From Ophelia neglecta (Eukaryota), in contig OZ260663.1 in NCBI GenBank assembly GCA_965285935.1, positions 13,578,001 through 13,642,000 of the forward strand: 64,000 nucleotides of DNA, given 5' to 3'. The notes below the pieces were generated by a model. It was not told the DNA's origin, ran no database searches, and saw only the letters and a program-made list of their open reading frames with translations. The position numbers and the translations under genes were made by a program. Below are positions 40,101-50,100 of this stretch, in pieces; position 1 is the stretch's first letter; every line of letters begins with the position of its first letter.

Positions 40101-41982
40101 AAATAGGCGGATCTCTGCCGTGCGATTAACGAGAAATGGGTCGATTTCGGATTTGAGGCCAGTACAAGTAAAAAATGTATAAATACAATTCAAATAAGAT
40201 GCTTACATCTCCTAAATAACGGGCGCGTATATTGGTGGACATTTGAAATGTATTTAAACTAACGCTAAGTTCGCTTTCCCATGAATATATTTTGAAGTTT
40301 CAATTTCCTATGCAGATCATAATGGACTCATCTATGTGATATCAGTGTTACAAATAGCACGAAATTGCAATGCCTGGCAATAATTGTCTGTACCACAAAT
40401 CACTACTGTCACAATAGAGGGGATACTCAGTAGACGCAAAATGTGATTAATAAAAAATATAGTTCATTTAATTGGTCTCAAATATCTGGAACTGTTGGCT
40501 TCAGGGCCCACCAATATCAATCCACGGTTCCATTTGCATGTTATTAATTATTTATATAAATTATTATTACTTGCAATGGGAAAAAGTCAATAGTTTCCAA
40601 TGATTCGAGTCAGAGAATAAAACAAAACGAACAGCTGAGGACAGCACATGGAGAGTCTTACAGTAACTAAACTCTGGCGTCAGTGTTCATGACAGGTGCA
40701 ATATGTTCACACATATATTAAAACCTGTCCATCAAGTAGCCGCTTTCGTTCACAAAATAACCAAACCTAGCTTCTTTGATTTTGATTCGTGGAAGCAGCA
40801 TACTTCCTGTACACCGACCCTGTGCATCTGATATCAAATGCGAGCAGGAACCCGATACCTTGCTTGTGTTATTTATACTAGTTCAATCAATTTCCCAAAG
40901 GACCCTTGTCTGTCTGATGTCTGTTTCACACTGCACTGCACGTGGGAAAACTGATCTTTCAACGTCTTCCGTAGTGTGTAGCATTTATCCTAGAACCTAG
41001 CTATTAGAATACAACTGTTTATTCATTCCGCCCATTGTATACGCCGTTTGGTTTACACCAATCAGATAGTACGTGATAACTGGCCGATGACTTGTTTACC
41101 TTCATATACCATAATGGACATTATGCGGCACTACAAAACACGTGGTGTGGTGTTAATTTACTCCAATGGCGTTATGATAAGTCATTGCCAATATCTGTTT
41201 GGACACGCACAGTTTAAATCCCCAAGCAAGAATCTCTCCCATGTCCCTCTCTAACAAAGGCAATAGGCCCATCAATTAATATATAAGAGAGCATCGGACA
41301 TTTTGTTGCCAGGAAGTAAATAATTTAATATAACCATAATAAACAGCTTGTTGTCTTATTACTGTTGAGGCACACAGGAATAGAAATGTGTTTACATATA
41401 ACTGGATTTGTTCTGTTTGGTGTGCCTTGATAGGATCACGTTTTCTACACCAATGACAATATCTTAACATATCCAAAGCGTTACAAGTTGCTCATTATAA
41501 AAAGAATAATTTTTTATTTTTAAAATCACGCTGATTGCAAGGGTGAACAGTATGTTTCGACCGCATTTAAGAAATGAAAATCTGATGTGACGAGAAACTA
41601 TTTAATGCTGTAAACATGGTCCTAATTATGAAGGCATTTTTTTTCAAATGCTCCTCAATCCTGAAGCAAATGTGGAAAACTGAAAAGGCATATCTTCAAC
41701 ACGAAGCCGTAATGATGTTTGCACTGTTCACAGTTATATCTGCGGTGTTTATTAGAAAATTGTATTGACCATTTTCTTCTCTTGATCCGGGCAACACCAA
41801 CATTCTCCTCTGACAAAAGGCCACACAATGGTCCCGCAAAATTAGGAGATTTACTTGATAACTTATCTTGGTTTGCAAAAAAATATCCCTTTTATTGCGT
41901 TTGTTGTAATCATAAAGATCTGTATATAGTATCGGGACACAGCAGATCGCTGGTCCAAAACCTGTCTTTGTTTATTAAAGCC

Positions 41983-42337
41983 TTACACTATGAGTCTTGG
42001 ACGACTGAGCCTTGTTTTTTCCAATGTTCCCTTCTCAGTTTCCATTCCTTGCCCTACAAATGCAGTTGGACTCTCGTACACATGGTCACGCCTTCCTCTA
42101 CCTACGTCGTCCCGTGATTGCATGCCGCGAGGGATGGTTGGTACTGGACTGTCAGGGTCATAATCAGATATTTCACAACCTGTTCTTGTGCTTGGCCTGG
42201 TGAACAAACCACATGGCTGGGATGAGCGATAATAAAGGTCGCTTACTGGAACTTGTTGATCGTAAAGTGTACCACTGCCAGCACTTGACTGTCGCATTAA
42301 AGCTTCTCCCCGCGAGTACTGGTTTCTGCTTTGTTTC
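41983..42337 (-). CDS. Gene 2 last exon, cytoplasmic tail (RKQSRNQY..LYDQQ..LYYRS..DHVYESP..)
   Basis: Acceptor ccatttaag|G, in frame with ORF 41983-42297. Confidence 0.82.
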
Positions 42338-45300
42338 CTTAAATGGTAACATTAAATATATGCCCAGTATCCGAAAGTTATACACTTCAGATTAAAACCT
42401 TTAAAGAGAATACCTTTTTTTTTAAGCATTACTCTAAGCACATATTTAATATTAAATGTACTGTGATGTCGTTGCTGTGAAAAAACCGGGTATATAACGA
42501 AAACCCGGGTTATGTTAGAGTAAGCTACGCATACGTAGTACGCGCAGCGCCAGTAGCACATTAAAATTCACAGGTATAGTAAGAAAAAAAAATAATGATA
42601 TATCAGCCCACCTTTTCATGTAGAAGAAAGCAAATGCTAGCATGGAAAAGCCAAGAATCACTCCTAGGGCTAAGCCGACTCCGATCACAATCATTAAGCC
42701 TAGATACGGTAAGAACAGTATGACAATACAGTTTCATTATATAAATATATGATTGTGACTTTTTCTTCGCGTTTAGGATATACCTGTAAACATTTACAAA
42801 GACAGCGTTCTTGATTAACGATTTGGAAGTTGTTTACCTTCTGGAGTAGTCCCTGCGTCCTCCAATGCAGCACCGAGATTCCACACCTGACCTGAAGGTT
42901 TAAAGTAAAATATATATTAGTTTGGGAATAAATTATGTGGAAATCAAACACAATGAAAATAACGATAATTAAGATACTTAATGAATTACCTTCGCTACAC
43001 GTGCCAATCTCTCCGACCCAGTCTGTATCAGAGCATGCCAGGTGCCAGGACCGAAGACTGTCGGTACAACGGACACTCAGGTGGTCTCCGTCACGTGACA
43101 AAGTGGCGCCAGCTGGGGGCGTTATGTCTGGACATCCGATCGCTAAACAAACAACAACATATTTGGAAATTGTCTTCTGATGATATGTATGTTTATGAAG
43201 CTCTCCCTTCAATTCTAAAAGCTCAAGACATGGTGAAAAGATTTGGACAAAGGTGGGAGTTAATTTTTACCACCAATTCATCCATCTCTAGGTATTGTTT
43301 TCTTGGTTACAAAAGCATGGCTAGGATATATACCATTACATTTCTACTATTAGAAAAAAAAATACGTATATTTATTGATACACCTCTTTGTCCGTTTACT
43401 ACAACGATGGTTAAAAATGTTACATTTAAAAAAAACAATTTAAGTCGTTTTTAAGTGTCCTTTCAATACATCAACAATGTTCGGCATCTCCTGATGATAG
43501 AGAGCACTGAATTTGGACTGGCTCATATCTGTTTATACATTCAGTTCGTTTAACGCTTAGAGCTCCTACACGATTTAAAACAATAAATTCAATATACCTT
43601 GATATTTCAGAAGAAAGTTTGGCGGAGACTGTTTGTCGTCCCCTACGTAGAAGCGGATCTCGATAGCAGAAGAAGGGGAGGTGATCATGTTCAATTTTCT
43701 GTTATCATGACCACAAATCGTGATGTCCTTAGATACCTATTTACAAAAAGGTCACAATAAATAATTTACTATAAATTATTTTAAGGCGTTTTAAATTTTT
43801 TGTTTCAGTCAAGTTAGGTTGGTCAGTCGGTCTGACAGATGAAGGAAATATAAGTAGACACAAATGTGAAAGTTGCCAGAAATGAGATGTATACGTGCTT
43901 ATTATGGGGGCAAGTTAACTAAGGCCAAAATATATTGGCACGAGCAAAAGTAACACCCTTTCTTTACGAAAGATATTGATAAAGTCCATTTCATGTTTGC
44001 CGCCTACAGGCGGGCTTGTGAATCAAAGTTTCCAAAAATAACTCCTAACAATGATGTATCCATATTAACTCTTTAGTTTGGACTTTTGTAAATCATCATT
44101 GACATTTAAGCCTTAATATGCCATGATATAGTACACACATTATTAAGGTATTTAGGTCAGGTGTTTCAAAAACCCACCTTAGTTCCTTTATCGACCACGG
44201 TTGCATATCTACGACATCCTAGTTCCGTCGCGCCATCTGCTGGCCAGTAGAAGTTATGAAAGGTCAGGTTCAGCCGCTGACCTGGTTTTGGCTCAATAAC
44301 CCAAGGGCAAAAACTACTTCCGCAACCAGTCTCTGACGTCACAATACTCGCAATGTTACCGATCGAGGACGCTATCCTCAAATATCCTCTTCCATCACAC
44401 ATCCTCGTCTCACATGGAGATACTGGTGACGAAGGTGTCAGTAACTCATTACAAACGAATGAAATACGTATGTAAATACTGTATGTGTATTACTATCATG
44501 GTATCGGTATGTTTTGTATATTGTGAATTTAGTGTATAAGATTACTCACCTTTTACACAGTCATATGATGCCTCTAAGAAATTTATGAGATCGTTGGGAC
44601 AGGGAACTGTGTCATGAAGATCGGATACGGGGAATTCACATTGCCGGCGACCAGAGCACAGGGCCTGCACACGGGGGAGGACATTCACGGAGCAACCCAC
44701 TGCCCCATATTCATTTCTCACACATCTGAAGTATTATCACCATGTGTTACTCATTCAATATATATATTACAATTTACAGCATATATGAATAATGATTATG
44801 CTGATATCAGAAAGTTATTTAATGCAGTACCTTCCTATACGCATGCGCCCATAGGAAGCACTTCGCATCACTATAATTTCGTCGTTTGCACATTTTGCTT
44901 CGAAACTTTCGCGCTCACAGTATTCTTCTATGTTCGATTCTGTAAAAGAAAAGAAATATTATAAATAACTATACAGGGAATTGTATCTCACGAGTGACAC
45001 AACTACACCTTCCAGGTCCATATACTTACACATTTACCAATTACTGTTTAGAAAGAGCCAATTCTTGAGTTTATTAAAGGCACTTGTTAATTAAAGCAAA
45101 TGATGCGACGGGTAGACGTGTGACGTTCAGTCCTTCTTGGTAAAGGTTTAATGTTTTGTCCTTAGTCTTAATTTGTACGCAGAAATCTTCCAGGAAAATA
45201 GATACTGATAAAAATTTCCGGAACCCCAAGATATATGCTTATGCCGGTAAAAGCACAACTAGTTTTTATGCTTTGTTTTTTATTTTACACGCTTCCGGTG

Positions 45301-46621
45301 TCTTGTATTGGGTAATTGATGCACATCTCTCAAATCGCAAAGGAGAGCGATACAATGTATTCGTATACAAGGTTACAACCAGCAGTTCATGTTTCAGGGT
45401 GATAGTAAAGATAAAAATGTACATATTTGTATTCTGTGTGCAAATATGCGTTAGACAATGCTTTGCCGTAAGCTTACAAATGATTGGTTTGGGATAAGTG
45501 CGATTTGTTTACTGTCACCAATGAATATGTAGAAAAACATGGTAGAAAAACAGTTCAATGTACAGTTAAAAAGTAACTAGTAGCATCTTTATGACTCATT
45601 ATATGTTTAAAAAATTATTCACGGTAGTTTTCGTAGCAAGTAGGAAAAATTGAAACCATTTGGCCAAAAATAAGCCTAGATACTTGAATGAGTGCTTAAA
45701 AGGATCGTTACAGAAGTCAGTACAACTATGTGCTCCAACATTATGACACTGAATTGATTTTCTGATTGTGAAATAGAAAATAAGATTGATTTTAAACCGG
45801 AAAATAACAAAATAAAAAGTTGGACCTTTGATGCTCACGGGTTTGAGATATTTTGTTTCCGATTGTTGTAATTGATGGTATAGATGTCAGGGAAAGACAA
45901 TTGTGAGTTTTGCTAGCACAAAAATTGCCATTTTGTTAACTTAAGATAGGATCGTCGGTTCCCTTATACTCTAGTCCTGTTTGCCACGATTCTTGCAACA
46001 AAGGGTAACCATACTTGACAGACTGTGGGACACAGCCGCTAAAAACTTAAATGTAGCAAAGTGGATTCTAAACCCCAAGAGAACAAGCTTTCAAAAATGT
46101 TTTTTTCGACCATCAAAGGAACTAAGTGATGAACACAAATCGATAGACTCACTTGTAGATTAGCTCCAATGAACCAACGAGTCACTTAATGATCAATTAT
46201 CAAAACAGATTTAACAATTTTCCTTTAGTTATTCTAACTTTGGTGCAATGTAAACTAGTGCCTTGCCATTGCAGACAACCGGTGGCCAAACAGGAGCGGA
46301 CAGAAAGCTGAAAAGGACCAACTACAATTTCTAGTTTAAGACTAATCATATCGTGCATATGCCCACCCAATGAATAATTTTGATTTTAAAGTGCAGTCTT
46401 CGTTTCATTCTGTATAACCAGTCTTCAGCTAGTTGTCCTTTGTCAGCTTTTAAATACCAGCAATAATATTTGTTCTCTCTAATGATTAAGATTTTCATTA
46501 ATTGCTCTTTAAAAAGCTTATGGTGCAAAAGAAGTGCAAACTACCTACCAGATCCCACACGACTGGAAAAGACAGTAAAAATGGCAAAGCCAAACTGTAG
46601 ATAATCCAGAAACATTATCAT
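41983..46621 (-). CDS. Gene 2: single-pass type I membrane protein (signal peptide, SUEL-like, CUB, sushi-like, TM, cytoplasmic tail), 463 aa; join complement(46549-46621,[46015-46038],44831-44939,44550-44725,44178-44422,43598-43736,42990-43142,42838-42891,42612-42699,41983-42337)
   Basis: All introns are GT..AG with compatible phases. CDS is 1392 nt = 464 codons without the optional 24-nt exon. Domain order is coherent. Confidence 0.87.
42612..42699 (-). CDS. Gene 2 transmembrane exon (GLMIVIGVGLALGVILGFSMLAFAFFYMKR)
   Basis: Hydrophobic helix with GxxxG repeats, phase-2 donor AG|GTGGGC. Confidence 0.9.
42838..42891 (-). CDS. Gene 2 linker exon (GQVWNLGAALEDAGTTPE)
   Basis: Acceptor ccttcag, 54 nt, donor G|GTAAAC. 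Confidence 0.7.
42990..43142 (-). CDS. Gene 2 exon, sushi/CCP-like module (GCPDITPP..VRC..WHLAC..WVGEIGTC)
   Basis: Four Cys plus Trp before the last Cys, symmetric phase-1 exon. Confidence 0.88.
43598..43736 (-). CDS. Gene 2 exon, CUB domain C-part (ITICGHD..SSAIEIRF..NFLLKYQ)
   Basis: ICG..S..IxF..FxLxY CUB ending, canonical splice sites. Confidence 0.9.
44178..44422 (-). CDS. Gene 2 exon, CUB domain N-part (..ETGCGSSFCPWVIEPKPGQRLNLTFHNF..C..Y)
   Basis: CxWxI..PGQRxxLTF CUB signature, ORF 44166-44402, donor |GTGGGT. Confidence 0.9.
44550..44725 (-). CDS. Gene 2 exon, SUEL-like domain C-half (CVRNEYGAVGCSVNV..CSGRRQCEF..PCPNDLINFLEASYDCVK)
   Basis: Cys pattern completes the 8-Cys domain. 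Donor G|GTGAGT. Confidence 0.92.
44831..44939 (-). CDS. Gene 2 exon, SUEL-like domain N-half (EEYCERESFEAKCANDEIIVMRSASYGRMRIGR)
   Basis: Acceptor tttcttttacag, YGRM motif, phase-2 donor. Confidence 0.92.
46015..46038 (-). CDS. Gene 2 candidate 24-nt microexon (AAVSHSLS)
   Basis: gtttttag|...|gtatgg, symmetric phase 1-1, no stop. Needs transcript support. Confidence 0.35.
46549..46621 (-). CDS. Gene 2 exon 1, signal peptide MIMFLDYLQFGFAIFTVFSSRVGS
   Basis: ATG, hydrophobic core, phase-1 donor G|GTAGGT, TATA-like element ~75 nt upstream. Confidence 0.72.
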
Positions 46622-46696
46622 GATTATGCTGTGTTTTTAACGTCCAGTCAGTGCTTAGCCGCTGTCGTAGAAGCACAGAATCGTTAATGTGTACCC

Positions 46697-46770
46697 CTTA
46701 TAATTCACGGTTAATTGCAAGCACAACCAAACAACACTTTCCTCTGATAAGACCCCTATGAGATGACTCA
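46697..46770 (-). promoter_or_regulatory. Putative gene 2 promoter: AP-1-type TGAGTCA (46764-46770), GATA site GGTCTTATCA (46745-46754), TATA-like TTATAAG (46697-46703)
   Basis: Motif matches 75-150 nt upstream of the ATG. No transcript evidence. Confidence 0.4.
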
Positions 46771-47039
46771 GTTTAGCTGTCACCACCGCTACAAATTCCT
46801 AAGTGTGTCTTTCCCTTCGCTCTGCAATGCTCGCAATATTTCACAGGCGGTTAGCAGCAATAGGTTGAATGTTAAACGAGGAGCGACTGAAAATGCCGGC
46901 TGGTCTCAATTGCCTTAACGTGGATCAGGAGCGCCTGTCTTTAGAGGCAGCGCGCTCGCTCTGAAGGGACTTAGCGCAGTGCTTCTCCAGTGATATGTGA
47001 GATATTTAGGCGGAACTTTGAATAGGACCAGCCAGTGAA

Positions 47040-47330
47040 CAAGTAGAGTCTATTAGACTGAGGTTTGCGCATGGCTGCCGTTAAATGATCGCAATAAATT
47101 TCAGCGAATCTAGATGCTCCGTTGTCAATTGTTACTGGCTCGCAGTGTACAAAGGGGTGTCTTGCAATAGGAACTATGATTCCATTTACTTTACGATATG
47201 TACGCAGCCACTCGATTGTTTCAACTGGGATGATTTCAGCCGATTTTCGGTAAATGACAGCGCTCGGGGCGTTGAGCCTTGGCAAATAACTTGAAAATGA
47301 GCTGACTGCAGCCTTCTCTCCCCATGTTGG
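47040..47330 (-). mobile_element. Decayed LTR-retrotransposon integrase core fragment
   Basis: PTWGEKAAVSSF..YRKSAEIIPVET..IARHP..VTIDNG..DHLTAAMRKPQSN follows the order and spacing of Gypsy integrase PWxKVxxDLF..SKxxEV..FARHG..VSDNG..HxTSSPxxPQSNG. The first Asp and the Glu appear lost. Confidence 0.5.
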
Positions 47331-48367
47331 ACTCGAGTCATAACCCTGAGGCCATTATCTTCTGCCGGGTCAGCCATGATGACATGGGAAGCCATCTATT
47401 ATCAGCTTAGTCAGGAAACAAAAAGCAGAAGCAAGGCATTAATGTCAAGAATCAGACAAATAGGGTTCCGCTTCTGAAACCTTGTTACCTCCATGCGTTA
47501 AAATGTATTGAATTATTTCGTATTCATGCGTCATCTCACAGGAAATAATTATACATTGTACGTCGGATCAAGTGAAATACCCGAAAATTAGGAAAATCCC
47601 CTTATCATATCTGTGTGGGAGAAAATGCACTCAGCTTTAGAACGATGGACCTCTAGATTGTATAGTTCTTTAGAGTGCTAATACTACAACCGCGTAAGTT
47701 ATATTTGTTTACGTATGTTCAACACTGTAAGGACTGTTAAATCAGAAATGCTCCAATTCTAAAATCCCACTTACACGAAAGGAGAATTTTTGTTTTCTAC
47801 TAAGCATGTGCAGGTAAGTCTCGATTTGATCCACGGAACCCCACAACTTGATTATGCCTATGTGACCTACAACGCTATATACATATCACGCTATGTACAT
47901 ATGATATGGCGTATATTAAATGTATGTACCATAGCAACCTGACCACCGGCAAGCAAAATTCAATTCGGAATCAAGATACACAATATGTCAGCTTCAAAAC
48001 GGTACATAATTGACGAGTATGTGGTAATAGGAAATGAAATTCCCCAAATAATTCTTTTATTGCTTCTAGGTCATTAACAATATGCAGTTTATTACATAAT
48101 AACAAATAATGCCTTCCTATTGGTATGTATTGGTGTAGTCGTAATAGTTTAATATGGCAAATTGTTCAATATCGTTACTATTGTCTACAAGGGGTGACAT
48201 AAACAATAGGACAAAACTACAACAGGTGTAGGCCATTATATTATCTGCGATTATATTTATTTCACTATATTATATAACATTAAAGTGTGACATTACATAA
48301 GGCAGACACTAAAATTGGGGGAAAATAACAAACTATTATTGTCGAATAATCAACTAAATCTGACATC

Positions 48368-48480
48368 ATCAGGAACCAGCAGCCACAGAAGAACACCGTC
48401 TAAAAGTTAATCTCCAACTCCCAAACGGTAAATAAACATGTAACAAAATAAACATTCCCAAATAAATATTGATATCACTG
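48368..48480 (+). repeat. Dispersed ancient repeat (core TCAGGAACCAGCAGCC...ATCTCCAACTCCCAAAC), copy A
   Basis: Inverted copies at ~49858-50100 and ~60860-61063, weaker copy at ~22580-22650. Confidence 0.7.
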
Positions 48481-49857
48481 ACAAGAAGAAGTAGTCAGCA
48501 GCTTTCATGCTGCAAGTTAGATAGCAAAATAGATTAGTTTGTAACGCAGGACATACGTGAATGGCCCCAAGAGAGGCTATTATGATTTATGTTTTTTCTC
48601 GTAATATTTGGTAAATATAGATTAAAATGTTTCAGTAAATAGAAATTCATAGACAAAAGGCAGTTATGTCAGTCACATCAGTAACAGCACCAGACACAAG
48701 GCCAACGGGTTCTACCACAGCATTTGCTCTGTATTAGTTAAGACCCAATCCATAATATTTACTAAATATAACATAACTTTAAATTTGCAAAATATGGTGC
48801 TACTTTTCTGATTAAATCTCACATGACTGGATTCACGTATTCCAAGCTATGGACTGCAGAATTCCACAAATGTAAGGATAGCCTTCGGCTAAGAGTCTGC
48901 TCTAAGGCAGTCATTTGGATTGATCAATACCCTAAATAAACCGTAAACTAGACAGGTACGTGTTTAACAAAGGGTGACCTAACGTGCCGCTGGAGAGAAA
49001 AATTAACGAGGGCCTTATAGCATATTTCATTGACAATTTAGGAGAGTGGGCCTTAAAGCATATTTCAGCTTATTTTGCGAAAAAAAATACTTTGAAGAAA
49101 GAATCTGAAAGCTATACCAATGAATGAAAGACATTTTTTCTGCATTTGTTTGCCCTCGGTCCTTTGGACGAAGTCCTCCTATTTATAGTATTGAGCGTCA
49201 TGAGAAATCAATATATTTGTCATTGAAGTAAACCCTCGGTTAGTCTGCTTACACCGCTGCCTCAATTGGCTACTTGTCAATGGAAAGCACCTACATAAAA
49301 GTGATCAAATGGTACCTAATGTATCGCATTAAGGCTTTTATGCGAACTGGGAAAATGAAAACAATTCGCAATAGAACACGCATACAAAACGTCGCTGAGT
49401 GTCCTTTTTGTGGCATATGCTGAAGTAGATTTATTTTAGGATTATGGCCTGACCGAGAAATCACTCACTGTAATCAGTAACCATTTTATTGTAGACTTAG
49501 TCATGCTTGCCCGGCCTCATTGGAGCTTCAAGCGCAAAGGGGAACAACTGCTAAAGGCAGTTTTTTTCGAATTAAGGACAGTTATGAACCTAGCCTCCGA
49601 TTCCTTATAGCAATTCTAAGCTTTCAAATCTAATGAAAATAACTATCAGATGGACTTGGTTCTAAACGTATTCTTTCTGCAGTGGTGTGCTTACCATAAC
49701 TCCGGTAATATATTGCTTAATGTCTAAAACCTTTAAAACTAACTACCTGATCTAACAGAACCCGCAAACAACGTACAAAAGTCAAGAGTTCTATTAGGTA
49801 ACTCAAGAACGCAATATCACCAGAGTGGATTTAGTTCTGTGATTTGTGACGTTTTGT

Positions 49858-50100
49858 GTCCTGGCTGGCTCATGCAAATCTATTTGATATTTCTTAGTCC
49901 AAATAATATCAATATTTTGTTTTTGAAATCTTTTCTTTTTTTTTTTTTTTGTTCACTGTTTGGCAGTTGGAGATTGCCCTAATGATTGTGCTGAGGCTGC
50001 TGGTTCCTGATGTTCCTGATGTTCCTGATTTCGGCCCGATGTAATAGACTGTTGTCTTCTTGACTAATGATTTAGCTTGGTATACCGGGTACCCACTCCC
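49858..50100 (-). repeat. Dispersed ancient repeat, copy B
   Basis: gaggctgctggttcctgat..aatagactgtt..aatgatttagctt..ccgggtacccactcc matches 60976-61063. Confidence 0.8.

Noticed and set aside
7100-41900. Conserved microRNA or other structured ncRNA genes in the long intergenic region
   Set aside because: A limited check by eye found no conserved bilaterian mature miRNA and no convincing hairpin in the islands examined. An Infernal/miRDeep search would be needed to exclude novel ones.
41719-44964. Plus-strand ORFs 41719-42117, 42935-43180, 42981-43454 and 44614-44964
   Set aside because: Antisense shadows of gene 2 exons and introns with no independent protein features.
45025-45050. Extra minus-strand acceptor/donor pair in gene 2 intron 1 (6- or 14-nt exon)
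   Set aside because: The strong donor gives a frameshifting 14-nt exon, and the 6-nt option cannot be supported without reads.
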